DNA from: Pseudomonadota bacterium
GTDB lineage: Bacteria > Pseudomonadota > Alphaproteobacteria > CADEGL01
Direction: 5' to 3'
Length of the DNA stretch: 39,409 nt
Assembly: GCA_027619995.1 (NCBI GenBank)
Contig: JAQCGR010000001.1
Location: forward strand, 1 to 39,409
Position 1 is the first letter of the stretch; each line of letters begins with the position of its first letter. The translations under genes were made by a program, and so were the position numbers. This document shows, one piece after another, positions 1 through 8,517 of this stretch. Below the pieces are notes generated by a model. It had not been told where the DNA came from. It was given only the letters and a program-made list of their open reading frames with translations, and ran no database searches.

Positions 1-1
1 G

Positions 2-52
2 CCAGCCGAATGTGCCAACTACTTCGCCGCCGCCGGCTATGAACCCGAGTGA
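2..52 (+). CDS. 3' end of an upstream gene of unknown product (...PAECANYFAAAGYEPE*), truncated by the window edge
   Basis: Frame 2 reads with G/C-rich third positions up to TGA at 50-52. The fragment is too short to assign a family. Confidence 0.3.
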   Translation, partial: PAECANYFAAAGYEPE

Positions 53-83
53 TCGAAAAATGCTCTAGCAGCCCCGGCGGCCC

Positions 84-138
84 GCGCCAGATGCTTGCGC
101 CAGATGCTTGCGCCAGATGCTTGCGCCAGATGCTTGCG
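84..138. repeat. Perfect 13-bp tandem repeat GCGCCAGATGCTT x4 plus a partial fifth unit (GCG)
   Basis: Read directly: the units start at 84, 97, 110 and 123. It sits in the 140-bp gap between the upstream stop (52) and the acyl-CoA ligase start (193). Confidence 0.95.
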
Positions 139-192
139 GAGGCCTCGATCCGGGGCGAGACTCGGCGCGGTCATCGTCGAGGGGGGAATGCG

Positions 193-1812
193 ATGCTGAG
201 TCTCGAGGAACGGCGTGCGGAGCACAGGGCACTGGAGGCGCGGCCTTTCGCCGCCAGTCTCGGCGCGCTGCTGGACGAGGCCGCCGCGCGCTTCGGCGAT
301 GCGCCCTGCCTGGTCTTTTTCGAGGAGGGCCTGACCCTCTCCTTCGTCGAATTCCGCGACCAGGTCAATCGCGCCGCCAATGCCCTGCGCGATCTCGGCA
401 TCGCCAAGAGCGAAAAGGTCGCTGTGATGCTGCCCAATGGCCCTGCCTTTCCGATTGCCTGGCTCGCCCTGGCCCGGCTGGGCGCGGTCCTGGTGCCTGT
501 CAACAACCGCTACACCGCGCGCGAGCTGCGTTACCTGATCGAGGATTCGCAGGCGGATGCCCTCGTCATCCATCCCGACTATCTGGCGGTGCTCGACGGT
601 ATCGAGGCCCGCACCGCCCTGCTGTCGGACGATCGGATAATTCTCGTCGATGGCGCCGATCCGCGCTTCCCGAACCGCTGGGATGCGATGCTCGCCGATG
701 CCTCGCCGGTCTTCGCGGCGAGCGAGCCGGTCGGCCAGGACGACCTCCTCAATATCCAATACACCTCGGGCACGACGGGTTTCCCCAAGGGCTGCATGCT
801 GACCCATCTCTATTGGCTGATGTGCGGCCGGGTGTCCTGCTACACCGCCGGCTTCACGCCCAAGCGCCTGCTGATGGGCCAGTATTTCTATTACATGGAC
901 CCGCTGTTCCTGCTGGTCATCGCGCTGGAGCAGGGCGCGGCCTACTACATCTGCACGCGGCCCAGCACCTCGCATTTCATGCGCTGGATCGCGGAATACG
1001 ACGCCGAGCTCTGCCTCATCTTCGAGTTCGTCTACAAGCAACCGCCCGATCCGCGCGACGCCGAGAACAAGCTGGTTCATGCCTGGCTTTTCGGCCTCAC
1101 TCCCGAAAACCATGCCGACTTGGAACGTCGCTTCGGCATCCGCGCGCGCGAACTCTTCGGCATGACCGAGATCGGGACCGGCAGCTACATGCCCGCCGAT
1201 CACGACCATATGGTCGGCTCCGGCCTCTGCGGCATTCCCGTGCCCTTCCGCGAACTTCGGGTCACGCGCGAGGACGGGACCGAAGCGACGCCGGGGGAGG
1301 TGGGCGAGCTCTGGGTGCGTGGTCCCGGCATGATGCTGGGCTACTACAACAAGCCCGAAGCGAACGCGGAGTCCTTCTCCGACGGCTGGTTCCGCACGGG
1401 CGATCTCTTCACCCGAAACGAGGCCGGCTATCACCGCATCGTCGGGCGGCTCAAGGACATGGTCCGGCGCAGCGGCGAGAATATCGCGGCCCGCGAGGTC
1501 GAGGCCGTACTGCGCGCCATGCCCGAGATCGAGGAGGCCGCGGTCGTTCCCGTGCCCGACCCGGACCACGGCGAAGAGGTGAAAGCCTATATATCGTTGA
1601 TGCCCGGCGTGGCGCGCGAGGCGGCGTCGCCCGAGCGCATCCTGGCCCATTGCGCGACGGGTCTGGCCCGCTTCAAGCTGCCCCGTTACATCGCCTATGT
1701 GGAGGGCTTCTCCAAGACGATCAGCGACCGGGTCGAGAAGAAGGCCCTGACCGCCGGCGTCGCCGACCTGCGCGCCGGTTCCTACGACCGGGTCGAGGGG
1801 CGTTGGCGTTAG
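193..1812 (+). CDS. AMP-dependent acyl-CoA synthetase/ligase (CaiC-like ATP-dependent ligase), 539 aa
   Basis: Carries the AMP-binding signature IQYTSGTTGFPKG, then GWFRTGD and RSGENIAAREVE. I chose ATG 193 because GAGGGGGG lies just upstream and the N-terminal part of the 49..1812 ORF crosses the 13-bp repeat. Confidence 0.9.
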   Translation: MLSLEERRAEHRALEARPFAASLGALLDEAAARFGDAPCLVFFEEGLTLSFVEFRDQVNRAANALRDLGIAKSEKVAVMLPNGPAFPIAWLALARLGAVLVPVNNRYTARELRYLIEDSQADALVIHPDYLAVLDGIEARTALLSDDRIILVDGADPRFPNRWDAMLADASPVFAASEPVGQDDLLNIQYTSGTTGFPKGCMLTHLYWLMCGRVSCYTAGFTPKRLLMGQYFYYMDPLFLLVIALEQGAAYYICTRPSTSHFMRWIAEYDAELCLIFEFVYKQPPDPRDAENKLVHAWLFGLTPENHADLERRFGIRARELFGMTEIGTGSYMPADHDHMVGSGLCGIPVPFRELRVTREDGTEATPGEVGELWVRGPGMMLGYYNKPEANAESFSDGWFRTGDLFTRNEAGYHRIVGRLKDMVRRSGENIAAREVEAVLRAMPEIEEAAVVPVPDPDHGEEVKAYISLMPGVAREAASPERILAHCATGLARFKLPRYIAYVEGFSKTISDRVEKKALTAGVADLRAGSYDRVEGRWR

Positions 1813-2762
1813 GGCTGGGCTGGCTCGGCTGTTCGCCGCTTCCGCCCGGTCGCCACGGTCTGGCCGAGAATGGCCAGCAGGACGATGCCCGCGCCGATCA
1901 TCTCGCGCGGGGCGATCGCCTCGCCCGCGAAGAGCCAGGTCCAGATCGGCGCGAGCACGATCTCGGACAGGCTGAGCAGCGCCAGCACCCCGGCGGGGAT
2001 ATGGCGCGCGCCGCGCACGAAGCAGAGCATCCCCAGCGCGATCAGACTGCCGCCCATCAGTGTCACGATGAGGGCATCGCCGAGCGGCATGTCGAGATCG
2101 CCGGTGCCCCGGGCGAGGGCGATGAAAAAGCTGGCGATGAGGCCGATCAGCCCACCCCAGCAGACCGTGGGCAGCATCTCGACCTGGCGGCCATAGCGCA
2201 GCATCACGGTCAGCCCGGCGAAGCCGAAGGCGACCAGCAGGGCGTAGAGACTGCCGAGAATCTGCAGGTCTGTCCGGTTGCCCGAAACCATGACGCAGAC
2301 CCCCGCGATGGCGATGCCCATGGCGGCCCAGGTCACTGCCGTCGGCTTTTCTCCCATCAGCGCCCAGGCCATCATGCCGGCCAGGAAGGGCGAGAGGCTG
2401 ATGACGAAGACGGCATTCGCGGTCGAGGTATGGACGACGGCGAAGACCATGAAGACCGAGGCGATGGCCTGGCAGATCCCGCCCAGGATGGCGGGCAGCC
2501 CGGCACGCCGGAAACTCGTGATGATGCGACCGCGCTGGACCAGGATCAGCGCGATCATCAGAAAGACGAACTGGCCATAGAAACGCCAGAAGGCGATGAC
2601 CTCGCTCGGCGCCGCATCGGTCAGTCGGATCGACAGGCTTTGCAGACTCCAAAGCACGCCCGCGCCCAGGACCAGGGCAGCGCCCAGGGCCGGCCGGGCG
2701 ACAGGCATGTTCTCCAGGCTTGGCGCGCGCGGCGGAAGCTCCCGCCCCTCTGTTGGACTCAT
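1809..2762 (-). CDS. EamA/DMT-superfamily transporter (10-TM permease), 317 aa
   Basis: Hydrophobic two-fold repeat architecture typical of EamA domains. An alternative start at 2708 (MPVARP...) has a GGAG just upstream. Its stop region overlaps the convergent ligase stop by 4 nt. Confidence 0.85.
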   Translation of the reverse strand: MSPTEGRELPPRAPSLENMPVARPALGAALVLGAGVLWSLQSLSIRLTDAAPSEVIAFWRFYGQFVFLMIALILVQRGRIITSFRRAGLPAILGGICQAIASVFMVFAVVHTSTANAVFVISLSPFLAGMMAWALMGEKPTAVTWAAMGIAIAGVCVMVSGNRTDLQILGSLYALLVAFGFAGLTVMLRYGRQVEMLPTVCWGGLIGLIASFFIALARGTGDLDMPLGDALIVTLMGGSLIALGMLCFVRGARHIPAGVLALLSLSEIVLAPIWTWLFAGEAIAPREMIGAGIVLLAILGQTVATGRKRRTAEPAQP

Positions 2763-2771
2763 GGAGGCGAC

Positions 2772-5105
2772 TCAGGGTTGGGGAGCAGGGGCGGCGTTGC
2801 GGATCGTGCGCCAGACCGCCTGCGGCGTCGCGGGCATGTCGATATCGTGCACCCCCAGAGGCGCCAGGGCGTCGAGCAATGCCGCGGTAATTGCCGGCGG
2901 GGACGGCATGGCGGCCGATTCTCCCACCCCCTTCACGCCCAACGGATTGCTGGGGCAGGGTGTTCCTTCGAGGATAATCGAAATATCCGGCATGTCATCC
3001 GCCCGGGGCAGGCAGTAGTCCATCAGCGAGCCGGAAAGAAGCTGACCCTCCGCGTCGTAGCGTGTGTCTTCCAACAGGGCCTGGCCGAGCCCATGGGCGA
3101 GGCCGCCATGGATCTGGCCTTCGACGATCATCGGGTTGATCACCAGGCCGATATCCTGAACGCAGCTATAGCGCAGCACCCGGACGCGGCCGGTATCCGG
3201 ATCGACCTCGACCTCGGCGATATGGCAGCCATTGGGATGGGCATGCTTGCCGGGGGTGAATTCGGCATGGGCCTCCAGGCCGGGCGCATCGCCCGGGGGC
3301 AGGCGCGCCGGATCGTGGGCGGCCCGGAAGACCTCGCGCATGGCGATGCGCCGGTCCGTTCCCGCGATGACGAAACCACCATCCTCGAAAGCCAGATCGG
3401 CGGGCGCAGCTTCGAGAAGATGGCCGGCGATGGGCCGCGCCAGTTCGACGAGGGTTTCCATGGCGAGATGCATCGCCGTGCCGTCGAGGACGAGGGAGCG
3501 CGATCCGGCCGTGCCCATGCCGTGTTTGACGCGGTCCGTGTCGCCCTGGACGATCTCGACCTCGTCCGGGTCCAGCCCGAAACGGTCGGCGACGATCTGG
3601 GCGAAGGCCGTCTCATGGCCCTGGCCGTTCGACATCATCCCCGACAGCACGGTCACACCGCCATCGGGCGTGGTGATGAGATCGGTCGGTTCGGTCATGC
3701 CCGGGCCGCCATTGGCCTCGACATAGGGCACGAGTCCCAACCCGCGCAGGCAGCCGCGCGCCTCGCTCTCGGCCCGCCGCGCGCCGAAGCCGTCGAGATC
3801 CGCGATCTCGCGCGCCCGGTCCAGGGTCGCGGGGAAATCGCCGGAGTCGTAGACCAGCCCGGTCGGCGTTTCATGGGGCAGATCGGCCGGGCCGATCATG
3901 TTGCGCCGGCGCAGTTCGACCCGGTCGATGCCCATTTCCTCGGCTGCGGCCTCGATCAGCCGCTCGATCAGGTTGATCGCCTCCGGTCGTCCGGCACCTC
4001 GGAAGACATCGGTGCGCACGGTGTTGGTCAGCACGGCGCGGACCTGCACATGGGCCGCCGGGATGCGGTAGGGGCCGCAGGAGGCGGGGATGCCGGCGAC
4101 CGGCGACAGGGTCCCCATATTGGTGGCATAGGCGCCCAGATTGGCCCGGTTGACCGTGCGGAAGCCGAGGATGCGGCCCTCCGTGTCGAGCGCCAGGGCG
4201 GCGTCGGAAACATGATCGCGGGCCTGGGAATCGGTGACGAAGCCTTCGCCGTTGCTGCCCGGCCAGCGTACCGGGCGGCCGAGCCGCCGGGCCGCCCAAA
4301 GGACCGACAGGGTTTCCGGATAGATCATGTTCTTCATACCGAAGGCGCCGCCGACATCGCCGATCACGCAACGCAGGCTGCCGGCGGGCAGGCCCAGCAA
4401 CTCCACCGACTTGTCCCGAACCCGGTGCGGCGTCTGGCCGTTGGTATGGATGGTCTGGCGGCCGTCGCTATCCGGCGGCAGGGCGATCACGGCGCGCGGC
4501 TCGATCGAATGGATTATCAGGCGGTTGTTGACGATGCGGCGCTCGACGATATGGGCCGCCTTGGCGAAGGCCGCCGCCGTCGCTGCGGCATCGCCGATCT
4601 CGTGAATATAGCAAAGATTGTCGGGCGCCTCGGGCCAGACAATGGCACTGCCGGGCGCATCCGCCGTCGCGGTCTCGACCGTCGCTGGCAGGGGCGTGTA
4701 AGTCACCACGATCCGTTCGGTCGCGTCCCTGGCCAAGGAAGCGCACTCCGCCACGACCATGGCGACGGCTTCGCCGATCTGGCGGACATGATCCCGGGCC
4801 AGCACGGGCTGGGCCGGCGCGAATATTTCGCGTCCCTCCACCTCCTTGGGCAGGAAGAAGGGGGGGATGTCGAGAACGCCGTCCGTCGTCAGATCGGCGA
4901 TGGTGAATATCCCAGCGACCCCCGGCATCGCGGCGGCTTGGGCCGTGTCCAGGGTATCGATCCGGGCATGGGCATGGGGCGAGCGCAGGAAGGCCACGTG
5001 CAATTCGCCCTCGAAGCGCAGGTCGTCGACGAAGCGGCCCGCACCGGTCAGCAGGCGCCTGTCCTCCTTGCGCGGCAGGCGGCGGCCGATCTGGCGGGCG
5101 CTCAT
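2772..5105 (-). CDS. Xanthine dehydrogenase/CoxL-family molybdopterin-binding (large) subunit, 777 aa
   Basis: The N-terminus RKEDRRLLTGAGRFVDD is typical of the family. The loop VFRGAGRPEA resembles the form-II CoxL AYRGAGR loop. The C-terminal GVGESAAMP carries the catalytic Glu motif. Confidence 0.9.
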   Translation of the reverse strand: MSARQIGRRLPRKEDRRLLTGAGRFVDDLRFEGELHVAFLRSPHAHARIDTLDTAQAAAMPGVAGIFTIADLTTDGVLDIPPFFLPKEVEGREIFAPAQPVLARDHVRQIGEAVAMVVAECASLARDATERIVVTYTPLPATVETATADAPGSAIVWPEAPDNLCYIHEIGDAAATAAAFAKAAHIVERRIVNNRLIIHSIEPRAVIALPPDSDGRQTIHTNGQTPHRVRDKSVELLGLPAGSLRCVIGDVGGAFGMKNMIYPETLSVLWAARRLGRPVRWPGSNGEGFVTDSQARDHVSDAALALDTEGRILGFRTVNRANLGAYATNMGTLSPVAGIPASCGPYRIPAAHVQVRAVLTNTVRTDVFRGAGRPEAINLIERLIEAAAEEMGIDRVELRRRNMIGPADLPHETPTGLVYDSGDFPATLDRAREIADLDGFGARRAESEARGCLRGLGLVPYVEANGGPGMTEPTDLITTPDGGVTVLSGMMSNGQGHETAFAQIVADRFGLDPDEVEIVQGDTDRVKHGMGTAGSRSLVLDGTAMHLAMETLVELARPIAGHLLEAAPADLAFEDGGFVIAGTDRRIAMREVFRAAHDPARLPPGDAPGLEAHAEFTPGKHAHPNGCHIAEVEVDPDTGRVRVLRYSCVQDIGLVINPMIVEGQIHGGLAHGLGQALLEDTRYDAEGQLLSGSLMDYCLPRADDMPDISIILEGTPCPSNPLGVKGVGESAAMPSPPAITAALLDALAPLGVHDIDMPATPQAVWRTIRNAAPAPQP

Positions 5106-7390
5106 GCCGAGCCTCGCGCCACCGGGTGCGGCTGCAAGGGGATTTCCTCCCCGCGCAGGTCGATGGCCCAGCCCTCATCGCCATCGCCACTGACGAGACC
5201 CATGACCAGCGCTCGGCCCGATGCGGGCAGCCAGGCGGTGGAGGAGGTGAGGCCGACGGGCACGCCGTCCTTCAGGATCGGCTCGGCTCCCATCGGTTTC
5301 GTGCCGGTTGTTGGGAAAGAGAAGGTCCGCAGCGCGCGGCTGCGGCTGGCGGGCGGCGCAAGCCCGATCTCGGCCGCCGTGATCGTGGGGCCGAAATCGA
5401 GGCCCCAGGCCGGCCGGCCCGCTTCCAGGCGCAGGGCCTCGGCGGCGAGATGGCCGGCATGGCGAAGGCCCAGGCTTTCGCCCGCCAGAACGAGGGCGTC
5501 ATGGGCGCAGACGGCCATCTCGGCGGGCAGGATCAACAGCCAGCTGTCGTCGCGGGCGCCCAGATTGACCAGCCGGGCGGTGGCATAGCCGATTTCGACC
5601 GAACGCGATTGGCCCGCGCTCATTCCGTCCCGCGCCGCGCCGGCGGCGGCCAGCAAGGCGCCGGCCCGCGGGCCCTGCAACCCGATCAGGGCCAGCCCGC
5701 CGGTCATGTCGGTGCAGGCACAGCGCGCCTCGGCGGGCCGGTTGCGCGCGATCCAGTCGGGCAGGCGGACGAGCTGTTCGGGCAGATCGAGCAGCAGATG
5801 CCCGCCCTCCCAGGGCAGGACCATGGGCGCGGCCTCGATCCCGCCGCGCGCATTGGCCATGATCGCACTCGTCGCCAACCCGTCCGGCGGCACGGCGCCG
5901 GCCAGACCGGCCAGAACCTCGGAGGCATCCGGCCCGGTCAGGGCGAGCTTGGTCATCGAGGACAGATCGAACAGGGCCACGCCCGTTACGGTGGCGGCCA
6001 GTTCCTCGCCCAGGCAGGCATCCCACCCCTCGGCTGCTCCGGTTTCATACCAGACCGGTCGCTCGTAGCCCGCGACGGCGGAGAAGACCGCTCCCGCCGC
6101 GGCCATGCGCTCGTGCAGGGGCGAGCGGCGCAACCCGCGGCCGGTCTTGAAGTCATGGCCCGGGCTGTGGATGTCGAAATGAAAGCTCGGCATTTCGCTG
6201 ACCCGTTCCCTCAGGAAACGCTCGCCGTGCTGGACCGGGGCGAAGCGGCGTATATCCATCGCCGTGGTGTCGATTTCCGCCTCGCCCTCGACCAGCCATT
6301 CCGCGACCACCGCGCCGGAGGCGGAGGAGGTGATGCCGCTCGAATTCATCCCCGCCGCGACCCAGAAACCCGCCAGGCCCGGCGCCGGGCCGATCAGGGG
6401 CAGCCCGTCCGGGCTGAAGCTTTCCGGCCCGTTCAACAGGGTGCGGATCTCCGCCGTCTCCAGGGCCGGGATGCGTTCGATGGCGCCCGGCATATAGGGG
6501 CCGAACTGGTCCCAGTCCTCGGGCAGCAGGCCGAAGGCGAAATCCTCGGGCAGAGTGTCGAGAGGCAGGGCTTTCGCGTTCCGGTCGAAGCAGCCGACCA
6601 GCAAGCCGCCGACCTCCTCGCGCCCATAGATCAGGGCGTCGGGGTCGCGGAACACGGGCAAGTCGGGGGTCACCCCCTCGATCGGCTTGGTCAGGACGTA
6701 GAAATGTTCGGCGGCGTAGAGCGGCACGCCGACTCCGGCCATCGCGCCGATTCGCCGGCTCCACAGCCCGGCGGCCAGGACGACCGATTCGCAGGTGATG
6801 GTGCCCTTGTCCGTCTCGACTCCCGTTACCCTGCCGTCCTCGATGGCGAAGCCGGTGACCTTGGTGTCCTCGACCAGCCGCGCGCCGCGCTGGCGCGCGA
6901 CCCGCATATAGGCGCTGGTGATATCGGTCGGATTGACCCTTCCGTCGCCCGGGCTCCAGGCCGCGCCGACCAGATCGTCGGTGCGCATGAGGGGGAATTT
7001 CCGCTTCACCTCGGCCGGGTCGATGATCTCGATATCGACGCCGATCACCCGGGCGAGCGAGCGGATGCGGCGCAGATCGTCCAGCCGCGCCTCGGAGCGT
7101 GCCAGCACGACGCGCCCGCAATTGCGCCAGCCGATCGATTGGCCGGCCTCTTTTTCCAGTTCGGGGATCGTGTCGCGGGTGCGCCGGAACAGGGACATCG
7201 CCGCGGGCAGGCTTTCCAGCAGGGTGATATTGCCGGCCGAATGCCAGGTCGTGCCGCAGCCGAGCTGGTTGCGCTCGATCACCACGACGTCCTTCACTCC
7301 AAGACGGGTCAGGTGATAGGCCGCGCTGCAGCCGGTCACGCCGGCGCCGATCACGACCACCTGGGCCTGGGTCGGAAATGCCTCGCTCAT
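5102..7390 (-). CDS. FAD-dependent oxidoreductase fused to a GcvT-type aminomethyltransferase domain (dimethylglycine/sarcosine dehydrogenase-like), 762 aa
   Basis: Has the Rossmann motif VVVIGAGVTGCSAAYHL and a TTWHSAGN segment. The C-terminal half has GcvT-like features (ALFDLSSMTKL, LRLEAG). GAGAGGGA lies upstream of ATG 7390, and the stop overlaps the next start (ATGA at 5102-5105). Confidence 0.88.
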   Translation of the reverse strand: MSEAFPTQAQVVVIGAGVTGCSAAYHLTRLGVKDVVVIERNQLGCGTTWHSAGNITLLESLPAAMSLFRRTRDTIPELEKEAGQSIGWRNCGRVVLARSEARLDDLRRIRSLARVIGVDIEIIDPAEVKRKFPLMRTDDLVGAAWSPGDGRVNPTDITSAYMRVARQRGARLVEDTKVTGFAIEDGRVTGVETDKGTITCESVVLAAGLWSRRIGAMAGVGVPLYAAEHFYVLTKPIEGVTPDLPVFRDPDALIYGREEVGGLLVGCFDRNAKALPLDTLPEDFAFGLLPEDWDQFGPYMPGAIERIPALETAEIRTLLNGPESFSPDGLPLIGPAPGLAGFWVAAGMNSSGITSSASGAVVAEWLVEGEAEIDTTAMDIRRFAPVQHGERFLRERVSEMPSFHFDIHSPGHDFKTGRGLRRSPLHERMAAAGAVFSAVAGYERPVWYETGAAEGWDACLGEELAATVTGVALFDLSSMTKLALTGPDASEVLAGLAGAVPPDGLATSAIMANARGGIEAAPMVLPWEGGHLLLDLPEQLVRLPDWIARNRPAEARCACTDMTGGLALIGLQGPRAGALLAAAGAARDGMSAGQSRSVEIGYATARLVNLGARDDSWLLILPAEMAVCAHDALVLAGESLGLRHAGHLAAEALRLEAGRPAWGLDFGPTITAAEIGLAPPASRSRALRTFSFPTTGTKPMGAEPILKDGVPVGLTSSTAWLPASGRALVMGLVSGDGDEGWAIDLRGEEIPLQPHPVARGSA

Positions 7391-7487
7391 GTCTTTGTCC
7401 CTCTCGGCGGCAAGCGCGTCACGCGGTCAGAATAGCCGCCGGGCGCCCGCCGCACAGGGGGAATCGCAAGAATCGATAGACCCGTCG

Positions 7488-8516
7488 CTAGTGTTTCTTG
7501 ACCGTCCAGACATCGCCGCGATGCATGACCGCAGCGAGATCGGCGGGCGGCGACTTTTCGCGGATGGCGGCGGTCTGCTCGGCCAGCCTCGCTTCGTAGA
7601 CCGGTCCCGGATTGCAATAGATCACGCCGACGGCGACGGGCATCGGCGGCTCCATCCCGACCAGCATTTCGGCCAGAATCCGGTCGGTTTCGTCATGGAC
7701 CATCAGATCGGCCTCGGTGATGCCGTTCTCGCCCAGCTTGACCATTTCGAGATGCAGGGCGCCGGGTTTCAGGCGCAGGCCCTTGTCCCGGTCCTTGCCG
7801 AAGATCAGCGGCTCGCCGTGGCGCACCTCGATCTGGGTGTCCTCGGCGGCGGCGCGGTCGGTGAACTTGTCGAAGGCACCATCGTTGTAGACGATGCAGT
7901 TCTGGAAGATTTCGACGAAGGACGTGCCCTTATGGGCATGGGCGCGCATCAGGATGCCGGGCATCTGCTTCTGCTGGGTATCGACCGCCCGGGCGACGAA
8001 GCGCGCGCCCGCGCCCAGCGCGAAGCGGCAGGCCGAGACCGGCTGCTCGACCGAGCCCATGGGCGTCGAGGGCGAACGGGTGCCGACCCGCGAGGTCGGC
8101 GAATACTGGCCCTTGGTCAGGCCGTAGATCTCGTTGTTGAACAGCAGGAACTGCAGGTCGATGTTGCGGCGCAGCAGGTGCAGCAGATGGTTGCCGCCGA
8201 TCGACATCGCGTCGCCGTCGCCCGAGACGACCCAGATGTCGAGTTCCGGATTGGCCAGCTTGATGCCGGTCGCGACGGCCGGCGCGCGGCCGTGGATCGT
8301 GTGGAAGCCGTAGGTCGAGACGTAATAGGGGAAGCGCGCGGCGCAGCCGATGCCCGAGACGAAGACCGTCTTGTGCCGGGGCGTGCCGATATCGGCCAGG
8401 GTCTTGGTGACGCCCTTGAGGATGGCGTAATCGCCGCAACCGGGGCACCAGCGAACTTCCTGGTCCGAGGTGAAGTCCTTGGCCGTCAGCTTTTCGGGCG
8501 GGGTGGCGATGTTCAT
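7488..8516 (-). CDS. korB: 2-oxoglutarate:ferredoxin oxidoreductase beta subunit, 342 aa
   Basis: Contains RWCPGCGDYAIL and the TPP-binding GDGD...GGNH region. It is tightly coupled to korA, with a 1-nt gap. Confidence 0.92.
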   Translation of the reverse strand: MNIATPPEKLTAKDFTSDQEVRWCPGCGDYAILKGVTKTLADIGTPRHKTVFVSGIGCAARFPYYVSTYGFHTIHGRAPAVATGIKLANPELDIWVVSGDGDAMSIGGNHLLHLLRRNIDLQFLLFNNEIYGLTKGQYSPTSRVGTRSPSTPMGSVEQPVSACRFALGAGARFVARAVDTQQKQMPGILMRAHAHKGTSFVEIFQNCIVYNDGAFDKFTDRAAAEDTQIEVRHGEPLIFGKDRDKGLRLKPGALHLEMVKLGENGITEADLMVHDETDRILAEMLVGMEPPMPVAVGVIYCNPGPVYEARLAEQTAAIREKSPPADLAAVMHRGDVWTVKKH

Positions 8517-8517
8517 C

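Noticed and set aside
84-138. A possible CRISPR array suggested by the perfect short repeats.
   Set aside because: The units are only 13 bp and directly abut one another with no spacers. No cas genes are present. It is a simple tandem repeat.
108-5588. A 1826-aa ORF on the + strand, and likewise the 871-aa ORF at 37..2652 on the - strand.
   Set aside because: - Both run across or antisense to several well-supported genes (ligase, EamA, Mo-hydroxylase, DMGDH-like).
- Their translations are Arg/Gly/Ala/Pro-rich with no motifs.
- Stop codons are rare in off-frames at this GC content, so these are classic high-GC artefacts.
6153-7121. A 322-aa ORF and many other 60-440-aa ORFs nested in or antisense to annotated genes (for example 12428..14659, 14630..15706, 16553..17533, 19061..20614, 25543..26631, 33917..35269 and 36033..37823).
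   Set aside because: All overlap genes with clear family signatures, lack motifs and show Arg/Gly/Pro-dominated composition. That is typical of non-coding frames in GC-rich DNA.
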